Source: a virus
Length of the DNA: 50,468 nucleotides
Strand: one strand, 5' to 3'
IMG/VR virus record: IMGVR_UViG_3300029867_000006
Location: 1 to 50,468 of that record
Shown: positions 39,199 to 49,030 of the stretch, piece by piece
How the letters are laid out: each line of letters opens with the position of its first letter
How positions within the stretch are numbered: the stretch's first letter is position 1
Notes under the pieces: model-generated
What the model saw: only the letters and a program-made list of their open reading frames with translations
Databases searched by the model: none
What the model was told of the DNA's origin: nothing
Program-made: the position numbers and the translations under genes

Positions 39199-40017
39199 AT
39201 GGTAGCTGCTGCTGTTATTCAGTTCCGCAAAGATACAATTGCGGCATTTGAACAAAAAGAAACCCTGCTTCGTAAAACTGTTACTACTGAGCATGTAATG
39301 AATGGCAATCAAGCCAAGTTCTTGGTTGCTGGTTCTGGTGGTGCTACGGCAACCACTCGCGGTACAAACGGTATGATCCCGTCCCGCCAAAACGACAACA
39401 CCCAATACACCGCTAATCTGGTGGAATGGCATGATAAGGTCCGTCATACAGACTATGACATCTTCTCTAGCCAAGGCGACCAGAAAGCTATCATGCAAGA
39501 TGGCACGGTTGCGGTTCTTAATCGTAAGATCGATGATGATATTATCACGTCGTTGAGTACTGGCACGCAAACGATTTCCAGCGCAACTGGCTCGTTGCAG
39601 TATGTGTCTATAGCCAAAACCAAACTTATGAACAACAATGTTCCTATGGATGGTCAGGTCAACGCATTGATCACGCCAGCGTTTGAGTCGTATCTCATGA
39701 CGGTTCCTCAGTTTACGAGTGCCGATTATGTGAAGACTGCCCCGTTTGAGATGGCTCAGACCATGTTCAAATGGATGGGGATTAACTTCATTGTGCATCC
39801 AACATTGCCGGGTGCTGGTGGGGCGACTGAGAAAGTCTTCTTCTATCATCGCTCAGCTATTGGCCACGCGATGGATTCCGATGCCCTTGATATTGGCATT
39901 GGTTACGATGACGAAGACAAGTATTCATGGGCTCGCGCTTCGGGTGTTATGGGTTCTGTTGTTCTTCAAAACACAGGTATTATTGTCGGCACCCATGACG
40001 GGTCTGCATATTCTTAA
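39199..40017 (+). CDS. Major capsid protein
   Basis: 272 aa. Strongest RBS in the module (TAGGAGGAAGTAGCT-ATG). Follows the scaffold gene after a 173-nt structured spacer. Confidence 0.75.
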   Translation: MVAAAVIQFRKDTIAAFEQKETLLRKTVTTEHVMNGNQAKFLVAGSGGATATTRGTNGMIPSRQNDNTQYTANLVEWHDKVRHTDYDIFSSQGDQKAIMQDGTVAVLNRKIDDDIITSLSTGTQTISSATGSLQYVSIAKTKLMNNNVPMDGQVNALITPAFESYLMTVPQFTSADYVKTAPFEMAQTMFKWMGINFIVHPTLPGAGGATEKVFFYHRSAIGHAMDSDALDIGIGYDDEDKYSWARASGVMGSVVLQNTGIIVGTHDGSAYS

Positions 40018-40032
40018 TAGGAGGGCCTTAAT

Positions 40033-40278
40033 ATGGCTTACGCTACTACAAATCCACCTATCCAATCTGGCGGTGGTGTCGGTGGAGCGCCTACAATCTG
40101 GGTCTATTCCAGTGCAGACGCTCATACTGATGTTGATGCAACGGATTACTTTTCCAATGGGGCTGATTTGGGTCTCAAAGAAGACGATCTAATGTTCGTA
40201 ATTGATACGGCAACACCTACCGCTACAATGCACCAAGTGGCTTCGTCCACTACAATCACGGCTGCAACGCTAGCATAA
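40033..40278 (+). CDS. Hypothetical small head-associated protein
   Basis: 81 aa, AGGAGGGCC RBS, directly after the capsid gene. Confidence 0.55.
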   Translation: MAYATTNPPIQSGGGVGGAPTIWVYSSADAHTDVDATDYFSNGADLGLKEDDLMFVIDTATPTATMHQVASSTTITAATLA

Positions 40279-40286
40279 CGACAACG

Positions 40287-40325
40287 GCGGGGGCTTCATT
40301 CGAGGCCTCCGCTATTCATTCATTT
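40287..40325 (+). terminator. Candidate intrinsic terminator/attenuator after the capsid genes
   Basis: 8-bp stem GCGGGGGC (40287-40294) / GCCTCCGC (40305-40312) with one G-U pair, followed by the U-rich tract TATTCATTCATTT. Confidence 0.4.
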
Positions 40326-40338
40326 AAGGAGCCAAGCT

Positions 40339-40845
40339 ATGGAAGCGACTACAGTTAAACCAACAAACAAAGCCGGACCCAAAGCGGTTGCGGTTGAACC
40401 AAAAATTCCAGAACACACAATGACGCCACTCTTGCCGGGCAGTATGTCCTTTGCAGAGTTTACAATCGTTCATCGTTCTATCTCTCCAAAGGCAGGCACC
40501 CCGTTTGAGGATGTGCTGGACCCTAAATACTGGGTTCATGTTGCCAAGGAGCTTAAACCTACCGAGCAAATCACAGTCAACCCTGAGGATGGGGCTTATT
40601 GGGCTGAGTTGCTCGTTGTGAACACCAATACTGGCGAAGCTAAAGTGAAGGTGATCAACCATCTAGACCTTGAAGCTGAAGCTTCTGTTGGTGGCATTGA
40701 ATATGAAGGCTACTCTGTAAAATGGGCGGGCCGCGCTAAGTTTCGTGTGATCCATGAAGACGGCACAGTCATCCAATCTGGCTTCACGAATAAGGCAGAA
40801 GCAGAGATTGCTTTGATCAACCACGTTAGAAACAAGAGAAACTAA
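40339..40845 (+). CDS. Hypothetical virion protein
   Basis: 168 aa, AAGGAG RBS. Confidence 0.6.
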   Translation: MEATTVKPTNKAGPKAVAVEPKIPEHTMTPLLPGSMSFAEFTIVHRSISPKAGTPFEDVLDPKYWVHVAKELKPTEQITVNPEDGAYWAELLVVNTNTGEAKVKVINHLDLEAEASVGGIEYEGYSVKWAGRAKFRVIHEDGTVIQSGFTNKAEAEIALINHVRNKRN

Positions 40846-41463
40846 ATGGCCACTCAACTTGAGCACTACAACGCAGCGTTGGAGATTCTAGGGGAAACAC
40901 CCTTAGCGTCTCTAACTGAGGCCCGGAAGCCCCGATATGATCTTGATCGTGTTTGGGACCGGGGTTTTGTGGATCTAGTGCTCAGCGAGGGCTCTTGGAA
41001 CTTTGCCTTGCGTACGTCAAAGATTAGCTTTGAGAGTGGGTTAGAGCCTGCTTTCGGGCATTCTTACGCCTTTACCAAGCCCTCTGACATTATGCGCCTT
41101 GAGGCTATCTCAGGCAATGAGCGGCTAGGTGATCCTCTGACAGATTATCGGACGGAAGCTGGTTATTGGTACGCTGATATTCCAGATATTTATGTCTCAT
41201 ATGTGAGTAATGGGGTTGATTATGGCGGGACTACCACCAATTGGCCCAAAACGTTTGATCGTTATGTTGATGCAGAGCTGGCTTTAGCTATTTGCAGAGC
41301 CACTTCTCAAAGCTCCACACTGTATGGCGAGGTTGCACAAATCCGTGGCAAGGCTCTATCTGATGCTAAGGCGCTGGATGGTATGGCAGAGGCACCTAAA
41401 TTCTTCCCACAAGGACGCTTTGTTGGCGCTCGCCGCGGGTCTCGTATTGGTCGATTTGATTAG
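40846..41463 (+). CDS. Tail tubular protein A-like (T7 gp11-type adaptor)
   Basis: 205 aa. N-terminus YNAALEILGETPLASL resembles the gp11-type N-terminal motif. Size and position match, ahead of a roughly 900-aa protein. Confidence 0.55.
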   Translation: MATQLEHYNAALEILGETPLASLTEARKPRYDLDRVWDRGFVDLVLSEGSWNFALRTSKISFESGLEPAFGHSYAFTKPSDIMRLEAISGNERLGDPLTDYRTEAGYWYADIPDIYVSYVSNGVDYGGTTTNWPKTFDRYVDAELALAICRATSQSSTLYGEVAQIRGKALSDAKALDGMAEAPKFFPQGRFVGARRGSRIGRFD

Positions 41464-41472
41464 GGGTTATTC

Positions 41473-44166
41473 GTGAAAGCAAATCCAGCATTACTGGGCT
41501 TTAATCGTGGTGAGGTAAGCGCTCTAGCGTTAATGCGGACTGACTTGCAGGCGATGCAACTGTCAGCCGATACTCAAATCAATTGGATGCCTAGAAGCCT
41601 TGGCTCTATGTCGCTGCGTCCGGGCCTTGGGTATATTGGCTCAACGCGTAACAACGCCTATTCCCGGTTCCTCCCGTTTATTTTCACTGCCAGTGATACG
41701 GCGCTTATTGAGCTTTCATCTCAAGGGTATTTGATCCCGTGGGAAGATGAAGCAGTTCTACAGCGCGTATCCAACAGTACAGCCATCACGAATGGCGACT
41801 TTGACAGCAATGTAACCTCATGGACTGATGCCGATGATCTCGCCTGCACGTCTGAATGGAAAACGGGCGGCTATCTCTCTCTAATCTCCAATGGGTACAA
41901 TAAAGCATCACGTTATCAATCGGTGAGCGTCTCCGGTGCGGATGATGAAAAGGTCCACGGTATTCGTGTGGTTGTACAGCAAGGGCCTGTAGATTTCGCT
42001 ATTGGGTCAACATCATCTGGTGATGAGATTTTAGAGACTACATCTCTTGCCACTGGTACGCACTCCCTAGCTTTTACACCAAATAACACAACAATCTATA
42101 TTCGGTTCACAACATCCAAGCGCTACCCGGTGCTAGTTGATAGCGTTGCTATTGAAGGCTCAGGTGATGTTGAGATTGGAACGGATTGGAACACAAACGC
42201 ATTAGTTGATTCTGTCCGCTATACGGCCTCTGGGGCGGTTATTTTTGTTGCTAGCGACGGTACGTCACAAAAACGCATTGAACGGCGTGGCGCTGGCTCG
42301 TGGTCCCTTGTGGAGTATGAAACAAGCGACGGGCCATTTGATTTTATCAATACGTCCGCCATTACGCTAAGCCCTGATGTAATCTCAGGCGACTGTACCC
42401 TCACCGCGTCCGATAACTATTTCCGGGCTGGCCATGTTGGGTCTCTTGTTCGAATTTCATCTACAGGCCAAGAGGTGGCGCGCGACTTGGCGGGTGATGG
42501 GCAGTCTGTTAACTCCATTAGATCAACAGGTATTAAGGACGATAACAAATTCACCTACACTCTCTCAGGCACTTGGACTGCAACAATTAGCGTCGAGTAT
42601 TCAATTGATGACGAGGAGTCTTGGGTCGAGAGTGTCGTCAAGACGGCTAACGGCACCTTTGGCTATGATCCTCCTTCTGAGTTTGACAACCTTGTCACGT
42701 TTTGGCGTCTTACAGTTAAGCCGGGGACTTACGTTTCTGGGGTTATTGAGACCTCAATTTCTCATGATAAAGGCGGGAGTATCGACGGGGTTTGCCGAAT
42801 TACATCAATTGCCTCACCAACATCTGCGGAAGCTATCATCTTGCAAGACTTTGGGTCTTCAAATGCAACGCTTGATTGGTATCCCGGCGTTTGGTCTGGG
42901 GTGAACGGGTATCCCACGGCAACAGCTTTATTTGAAAGCCGCTTGTTCTGGGCTGGTCGGGGCAAGCTTTATGGCTCTGCGACTGACTTGTTTGCATCGT
43001 TTACAGATGAGAACCCAGACGAGTTTGACGCTCCTATTGATCGTAATATTGGTGAGGGGACAACTGAGGAAATCCGCTGGATGGCCACGCTTAACAGGCT
43101 CGTGATTGGGTCTGACGTGGCAGAGATTACAGCTAAATCATCCTCATTCGATGAGCCTATGACGCTGGCCAATCTTAACTTGAAGGCGGGTTCTACTGAA
43201 GGTTCTGCTGATGTTCAAGCGATTAAAGTTGATGACATGGGTGTGTTTGTTGGCAAGTGCGGCACTCGCCTATTTACTTTGAATTTCAATGGGGAAAGCA
43301 ATAACTACATTGCAGATAATATCGCGCCCCTCAATCCAGACCTAAGCGGGCAGGTTATCAATCGCCTCGCTATTCAACGCCAGCCGGACAAGCGCGTCCA
43401 CGCCATTCAAGATGACGGCATTGTGCGGGTTGTTGTTCTCGATAAGACTGAGGATGTAATCGCCCCAATTCGTGTGCAGGTTGGTGGTACAAATGTTGTG
43501 GTTGAAGATGTTATCGTCCTACCCGGCACGATTGAAGATAACACTTACTACGTGGTGAGCAGAACTGTTGACGGTGGCACGGTACGTTACCTAGAGAAGT
43601 TTGCGCTTGAGAGTGAGTGTATTGGCGGGGATATAACCAAATTAGCTGATTCCTTTGTCGTTTATGATGGGTCAACCACCTCCACAGCAACCGCTGCTCA
43701 TTTAGCCAATCAGAGTGTTATTGTCTGGGCTGACGGGAAAGACCTTGGCACGTTCACGGCTGACGGTGGCGGGACTGTTGCTCTTGGGGAGTCTGTTTCT
43801 AAGTACGTGATCGGGCTCCCATACACAGCCGACTATAAGAGCCGGAAGCTTGTGGAAGGTGTCGCGCCGGGTCAATCGCACCTTAACCAACTCAAACGCG
43901 TTAACTATTTAGGTCTAAGTCTTTACAAAACCCACTATCAAGGGGTTGAGTATGGGCCGACCTTCGACAACTTAAGCCCGTTGAATTTGGTCGTTAATGG
44001 CGTTCCAACGGCTGCCGATACAGTGTGGGAAGAATTGGAGGAGGAGCAAATGTCCTTCTCTGGCGATTCCATCACTGACCCTAGGATCTGTTTACGGGCG
44101 ACGGCTCCTCGTCCTGCGACGATTCTAGGGCTCTCAATAGGATACAAATTAAATCACAAAAATTAA
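41473..44166 (+). CDS. Tail tubular protein B-like (T7 gp12-type nozzle)
   Basis: 897 aa, GTG start. Assigned by size and position after the gp11-like gene. Confidence 0.55.
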   Translation: MKANPALLGFNRGEVSALALMRTDLQAMQLSADTQINWMPRSLGSMSLRPGLGYIGSTRNNAYSRFLPFIFTASDTALIELSSQGYLIPWEDEAVLQRVSNSTAITNGDFDSNVTSWTDADDLACTSEWKTGGYLSLISNGYNKASRYQSVSVSGADDEKVHGIRVVVQQGPVDFAIGSTSSGDEILETTSLATGTHSLAFTPNNTTIYIRFTTSKRYPVLVDSVAIEGSGDVEIGTDWNTNALVDSVRYTASGAVIFVASDGTSQKRIERRGAGSWSLVEYETSDGPFDFINTSAITLSPDVISGDCTLTASDNYFRAGHVGSLVRISSTGQEVARDLAGDGQSVNSIRSTGIKDDNKFTYTLSGTWTATISVEYSIDDEESWVESVVKTANGTFGYDPPSEFDNLVTFWRLTVKPGTYVSGVIETSISHDKGGSIDGVCRITSIASPTSAEAIILQDFGSSNATLDWYPGVWSGVNGYPTATALFESRLFWAGRGKLYGSATDLFASFTDENPDEFDAPIDRNIGEGTTEEIRWMATLNRLVIGSDVAEITAKSSSFDEPMTLANLNLKAGSTEGSADVQAIKVDDMGVFVGKCGTRLFTLNFNGESNNYIADNIAPLNPDLSGQVINRLAIQRQPDKRVHAIQDDGIVRVVVLDKTEDVIAPIRVQVGGTNVVVEDVIVLPGTIEDNTYYVVSRTVDGGTVRYLEKFALESECIGGDITKLADSFVVYDGSTTSTATAAHLANQSVIVWADGKDLGTFTADGGGTVALGESVSKYVIGLPYTADYKSRKLVEGVAPGQSHLNQLKRVNYLGLSLYKTHYQGVEYGPTFDNLSPLNLVVNGVPTAADTVWEELEEEQMSFSGDSITDPRICLRATAPRPATILGLSIGYKLNHKN

Positions 44167-44233
44167 ACTCAGACCCGGCACACGGGCAGACATTGAGGCG
44201 ATTTATGGGCAAGGACCAAAACATTCTTGCCGT

Positions 44234-44530
44234 GTGATGGCCGCTGATGTTAATGGCGAGGTTGCAGGTATTGGGGCGTTAGTGCGCCTTGAAAATGGGG
44301 CCTCATATATAGTAAGCTGTATAACAGATGGTTTGACTGGTAAGCAGTTCCCTTTGCACCGTGCCGCGCTCAAGATCATGCGGTGGGTGAAGGAGGAGGG
44401 GTTGAGTGAAGTGTTTGCTTTGCAGGACCCAGATTTAGACACAAGCCCAGTGTGGTTAGCCCGGTTGGGGTTTGAGGACATTGGCGAGCAAGAGAATTGG
44501 AGGGTTTGGCGATGGCGTCAGCCGCAGTAA
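44234..44530 (+). CDS. GNAT-like acetyltransferase-fold protein; the domain appears to begin upstream (frame open from 44153) with no canonical start
   Basis: The first canonical start is GTG 44234 / ATG 44237. The in-frame upstream codons encode ITKIKLRPGTRADIEAIYG, a typical GNAT beta-1 / alpha-1 beginning. The C-terminus WLARLGFEDIG is GNAT-like. Confidence 0.45.
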   Translation: MMAADVNGEVAGIGALVRLENGASYIVSCITDGLTGKQFPLHRAALKIMRWVKEEGLSEVFALQDPDLDTSPVWLARLGFEDIGEQENWRVWRWRQPQ

Positions 44531-44952
44531 TGTTACTACCTGCTATCATGCAGGGAGTTGGCGGTATTATGGGTGCGTCCGACCAAGACGACGCCTTAAA
44601 TGCACAAGCCAAACAGCTAGAGCGCCGGGGAACGGAAGCTTTGGCAACCTCTCAACGTCGTTCTATGGCTGAGCGTAAGAAGGGCGATATAGCGGCTTCA
44701 AAGTTTCGGGCTATTGCAGGCGCTTCGGGTGCTAGTGGTAAGGGTGTGTCTGACTTGGCTGCTGACTTGGAGAGCAGATCAGAGTACAATACAGCAACAC
44801 AATTGTTTGAAGGACGTAGCGCACAGCAGGCCGGGTTTGCTCAGGCTGATGAACTGAGAGATCAGGGCGAACTGTTGAAAAAGAACGCTCTTATCGGTGC
44901 GTTTACGGGCACTTTAGGTAGCGCTGCAAGCAATGCGGGCAAATACGGATAA
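44512..44952 (+). CDS. Small internal virion protein (putative)
   Basis: 146 aa from ATG 44512 (GGAGGG RBS, 7-nt spacing). N-terminal hydrophobic segment, Ala/Gly-rich. Confidence 0.5.
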   Translation: MASAAVMLLPAIMQGVGGIMGASDQDDALNAQAKQLERRGTEALATSQRRSMAERKKGDIAASKFRAIAGASGASGKGVSDLAADLESRSEYNTATQLFEGRSAQQAGFAQADELRDQGELLKKNALIGAFTGTLGSAASNAGKYG

Positions 44953-44961
44953 AGGTTTATT

Positions 44962-47016
44962 ATGGTTACGCTGCCAACACAGAACGATTTAGGTTTTGCT
45001 GCTCCTCGCTCAAGCGCGGGGCAAACGAATATCAACGTGGGGGCTCGTGGCGGGACTGGCGAGGCGATCAAGTACGCGGGTCGAACGCTTCAGGGCGTCC
45101 TTGATGAGCGGCAAGATCGGGAATCTCGTTCTGAATTAGCGAATGCGAAGCTAGATTTTGCCAAGAAATCCTCCGAGATCCGTAGGGACTTTAGCGAACG
45201 GCAAGATTACGGTGTGTTTGAGCAGGAATACGAAACGCGTATCCAAGACGCTCGGGCGGAATCGTTAGGGCTCCTATCCAGTGGGCGCAACCGTGACGCA
45301 TTCAATATTGATTCCGAACTATCCATTCTCCGTGGTGGCGATAATATCCATAAGATGGCTCGTGGGCTTGAGGTTGATAAAGGCCGTGCCGACCTACAAG
45401 GGATGATGTCTGACACGCGAGGGCTGTTTCTTGGTAGCGATGATCCTGCTGAGCGTGAGGAGTATCAGCGTGTGGTACAAGATGGGCTACAGAGCGCGGT
45501 TGATAATGGATATATCAGCGAGACCGAGCGTCTAAGCCAAGGTCAGAAATACGTGCGGGATTTATCTCGCGGTATGTTGGATATGGAAGACGCGCGGGGT
45601 AAGCTTGATCTTCTCGATAACGACAGGTTTATGGATTTCCTAGATCCTGATGAACGAGCCGCGTTTCGACGTCAGGCCAAGAAGCAAATAGACGTTGAGC
45701 GCCGTGTGGCTGCTGCTGAGCTGCGCCCTATGGTGCAAGATCACCTAGCGAGCATTCAAACCACAGGCGAGGGCATTGAAGGGCTAGACGCCCGTGCCAC
45801 CGCTTTGTTGTCTGGTGAGGATCTGGCTCTATATAAGCGGAGTGTCCGAGACGCTGAGAGTTACCACACTTCATTTGAGCAGATGAAGGAGTCTACACCG
45901 CAAGATATTGTTGGATTGCTAAGGAGTGAAGCTCCAACACCCGGAACAGAAGGCTTTGCGCGCGATCAAAAGGCGTACCAAAATCTACAGAAGGCCGCGC
46001 AAGACATTATGAGAGCTAGGGCCGCTGATCCTGCTGGGTATGTTTCTCAGTCTGATGATATCAAAGGAATGGTAGAGGCTGGGTCTCCGCAGTCAGAAAT
46101 CGTTCGTGCTCGTATAGAGGCACAAGAAACCATTGGCATCCCTAAGGTTAACCAAGCCGCCATGCCAAAATCACAAGTGGCTGGCATCATTAGCTCCATT
46201 GCTAGCGCTCCTGCTGAAGAGCGGGCTGCACGGCTACAAAGCTTAGACGATGAGTTTGGAGAGGCTTATCCCGCTGTATTTGCCGACTTGGTAAAAGGCG
46301 GGCTTGATCCGCAAAGCCAAATTCTGGCCACTATTTCCGATGACCCTGCCTCCTCTCAAATGCTGGCCAACGCTATTGATATAGGCAAGAAAGACCTACA
46401 AGGCGGATTAGACCCTGATGTTGTGAAAGACATTACGTCTGACGTGAGAGATAATGTGCAAGAGTTCGCTGAGGCGTTCGGCGCTAGGGACTACACAGGC
46501 CAAGCTGCCTCTAAAATGAACAGCCTACTTGAATCTGTTGAGCTATTAGCCTTGCAACATGCTCGCTCTGGAATGTCGGCAAGCGATGCGGCTGAGGCTG
46601 CTTATAAAAGCATTATTGGTGACAGGTATGAGATAATCGATACTGGTATTGCTCACGGGTTTATCCCAAAGGTAAATGGTCAGCCTATTGCTCCTATTGC
46701 GCGCGTGGAACGTACCGCAGAGCAAGCCTTAGACCGTGATCTAATTGAGGCATTCAACCCTATCTCCTTCACATCTGGCGGCCTTAATGAGCCAGCAACG
46801 GAGGTGGAGAAAGAGCGCACATTAAGCACGGCTGAAAACTCAGGGTATTGGGTGACTAATTCGGCGGGTACGGGGCTTATACTGTTGGTTCCGTTCAAAG
46901 GTGGTGGGGCATTGCCTTTATTGAATGAAAAGGGTGAGAACTACGAATTGCTCTTCAGTGATATTGCCGACCAAGAAATTCCAAACCCAGCCTTTAATGT
47001 GCCGGGGGCCTTGTAA
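44962..47016 (+). CDS. Large internal virion / ejection protein (putative)
   Basis: 684 aa, helical and charged. Position matches the T7 gp14-16 analogs. Confidence 0.6.
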   Translation: MVTLPTQNDLGFAAPRSSAGQTNINVGARGGTGEAIKYAGRTLQGVLDERQDRESRSELANAKLDFAKKSSEIRRDFSERQDYGVFEQEYETRIQDARAESLGLLSSGRNRDAFNIDSELSILRGGDNIHKMARGLEVDKGRADLQGMMSDTRGLFLGSDDPAEREEYQRVVQDGLQSAVDNGYISETERLSQGQKYVRDLSRGMLDMEDARGKLDLLDNDRFMDFLDPDERAAFRRQAKKQIDVERRVAAAELRPMVQDHLASIQTTGEGIEGLDARATALLSGEDLALYKRSVRDAESYHTSFEQMKESTPQDIVGLLRSEAPTPGTEGFARDQKAYQNLQKAAQDIMRARAADPAGYVSQSDDIKGMVEAGSPQSEIVRARIEAQETIGIPKVNQAAMPKSQVAGIISSIASAPAEERAARLQSLDDEFGEAYPAVFADLVKGGLDPQSQILATISDDPASSQMLANAIDIGKKDLQGGLDPDVVKDITSDVRDNVQEFAEAFGARDYTGQAASKMNSLLESVELLALQHARSGMSASDAAEAAYKSIIGDRYEIIDTGIAHGFIPKVNGQPIAPIARVERTAEQALDRDLIEAFNPISFTSGGLNEPATEVEKERTLSTAENSGYWVTNSAGTGLILLVPFKGGGALPLLNEKGENYELLFSDIADQEIPNPAFNVPGAL

Positions 47017-48767
47017 TGCCAGTATTTATCTCCCACGACATTCCAGACAATGAGAGTTTGCGGAGTTTCGGTGGACATTTATTGCCATCTACCCTTGGTG
47101 AGACCTTAAGTGAGACCATTAGCGATCCACTCCTGCGACCTACTCAGATGCTTGCCACACAAACTGCTGTGGCTAAGGAGGAGGGCTTCTTTGGCCTAGA
47201 GCCTGAGTTGCGGGGGCGGGATGTTAAAACACAGGAAGACCTTGATAGGTTGCTTGGTGAAGGTGCGTTACGCCCACTCCAGCATAAACGGCTATCCCTC
47301 ACAATGTCTGGTCTGTCTCCTCTAGATGACGTTCAAACGCTAACAGATAGATATGCAGATGTTGAAGGCCTGACATTTGACAAGCCCACGCGCCGCGCCG
47401 CTGCTGAGATTATCGCGCAGGGCAAACGTGAGGAGAATATTCGTAATGACGTTATTTCTCGCGGTCCTCAAGGGTTTGTGCCGGGTGTCGCTAAGTTTGG
47501 TGCATCGCTATTGGGCGCAGCGATTGATCCGCTCAATATTGCGTCGGCCTTTATCCCCGTGGTTGGTGAGGCCCGCCTTGGTGCACTAACTGCCCGCCTT
47601 GGTGCCAATGCCGCAAGGGCTGTAAAGGGTGGCGCTGAGGGCTTGGTGGGTGGCGCTTTAGTCGAACCCCTGACCTACGCGCTCGCACAAGAACAACAAC
47701 TAGATTATGAGATGTCAGACGCAATCCTTAATATGTCATTAGGAGGGCTGCTTGGCGGTGGTCTTCATGTGGCGGGCGGTAAGATTGGGGATTTCATTGC
47801 TAAGCGCTCACCACAAGCCCGCGAGGATGCCTTGCGTGCGGCTGTGGCTCAAGCTGCTGACGGTCGGCGCGTGGATGTAGAGGCTATTTTCAGGGCAGAC
47901 CAGCAACTACGGTCCCGCTTGCGAGATAGCACCGCAATCCCTGCACGGGCTTTTGATGAGGGCCAGATTCGGCGTATTGTCTCTCAAGAGATTGGGGGGC
48001 AGGCAGGAGCGCCCGCTATACGAGTAGATCAAGACGCAGGGGCCTTTATCCCTGTCCTGTCTAAAAAGGGCGGTCTGCGAGTTTTTGACACAGAACCAGA
48101 GGCGGCGATAGCTGCTGAGAAAGCAGGACCTTCAACGGAAGTTAAGACCTTAAATGATGGTCGTTTTTCGCTTGTCACTAAGCGGGAGCAAATAGAAGCC
48201 CTGCAAGAAGGCGGGCAAGTCAAGAGATTTGACACACAAAAGCAGGCTGAGAAAGCAGCCAAGGCGGCAAAGAGGGGGGGCGCAACAGTTATCCCTGTAG
48301 GCCCAGCCGATAAACGAGCTTATGCGGTTGCTTATAATTTGACCGATACTGATTTACGCGCAGCTAAAGCCGCTCCTGAAATGGTTGAGTTGTTCGGCGG
48401 CACTCCTGCACGACCAGCGCTTGCTGAGGGCCTGCGTACTGAAGATATTTCACTACCATTTGAGTTGGAAACAGGAGTTCGCCCTAGAAGCGCAACCGAG
48501 CAAATGGCACGAGAGCTTAATCCAGAGCGTGACCCGTTAGCTGATTTTGATAGCTCTGCTAGTGCGGAAAGGATTTCGGTTGTTGATCTTGATCCTACTG
48601 ATGAGCGGGCCTTTAGAGCTAGTTTTGTAGAGGAAATGCGTGCTCGTGGCGTGCTGGATGAGGCGGACGAGATTGCAATGGCTGAGGCTCAAGAAGGCCT
48701 TGATCGCGCAAAGTCTGTTTCTGATGGGGCCGAAGCTGCTGCTTATTGCGTAGGGAGAAACTCATAA
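47016..48767 (+). CDS. Large internal virion / ejection protein (putative)
   Basis: 583 aa, TAATG overlap. Hydrophobic Gly/Ala-rich central segment. Confidence 0.6.
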   Translation: MPVFISHDIPDNESLRSFGGHLLPSTLGETLSETISDPLLRPTQMLATQTAVAKEEGFFGLEPELRGRDVKTQEDLDRLLGEGALRPLQHKRLSLTMSGLSPLDDVQTLTDRYADVEGLTFDKPTRRAAAEIIAQGKREENIRNDVISRGPQGFVPGVAKFGASLLGAAIDPLNIASAFIPVVGEARLGALTARLGANAARAVKGGAEGLVGGALVEPLTYALAQEQQLDYEMSDAILNMSLGGLLGGGLHVAGGKIGDFIAKRSPQAREDALRAAVAQAADGRRVDVEAIFRADQQLRSRLRDSTAIPARAFDEGQIRRIVSQEIGGQAGAPAIRVDQDAGAFIPVLSKKGGLRVFDTEPEAAIAAEKAGPSTEVKTLNDGRFSLVTKREQIEALQEGGQVKRFDTQKQAEKAAKAAKRGGATVIPVGPADKRAYAVAYNLTDTDLRAAKAAPEMVELFGGTPARPALAEGLRTEDISLPFELETGVRPRSATEQMARELNPERDPLADFDSSASAERISVVDLDPTDERAFRASFVEEMRARGVLDEADEIAMAEAQEGLDRAKSVSDGAEAAAYCVGRNS

Positions 48768-49030
48768 TGAACACAAGCGGATTAACCTTGGACGACGCTA
48801 AGAATTTTGCGGCAATTATGGGGGCTGGCGTGATCTCTATATTGGTTATGATTTACCCGGCTATGGGAATTAAAACCGTGGCCGACAACCTCTCTGGGTA
48901 TGGTGATTTAGTGGTATTCCCTGTGTTTCTAAGCCTGTTTGTCTCTATGGCGGTTACTGTTTCGGCTGTTTGGTGGTACTCTTTCTTAGGCCTTCAAAGG
49001 GCCTTAGGTGCTGACAGGAGTAAGAAATGA
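48767..49030 (+). CDS. Hypothetical membrane protein
   Basis: 87 aa from ATG 48767 (TAATG overlap), with two to three TM helices. Confidence 0.5.
   Translation: MNTSGLTLDDAKNFAAIMGAGVISILVMIYPAMGIKTVADNLSGYGDLVVFPVFLSLFVSMAVTVSAVWWYSFLGLQRALGADRSKK

Noticed and set aside
39127-39849. 240-aa ORF on the minus strand
   Set aside because: It is entirely antisense to the major capsid gene, which has the strongest RBS in the module. It has no RBS and an odd composition, and is a shadow ORF.
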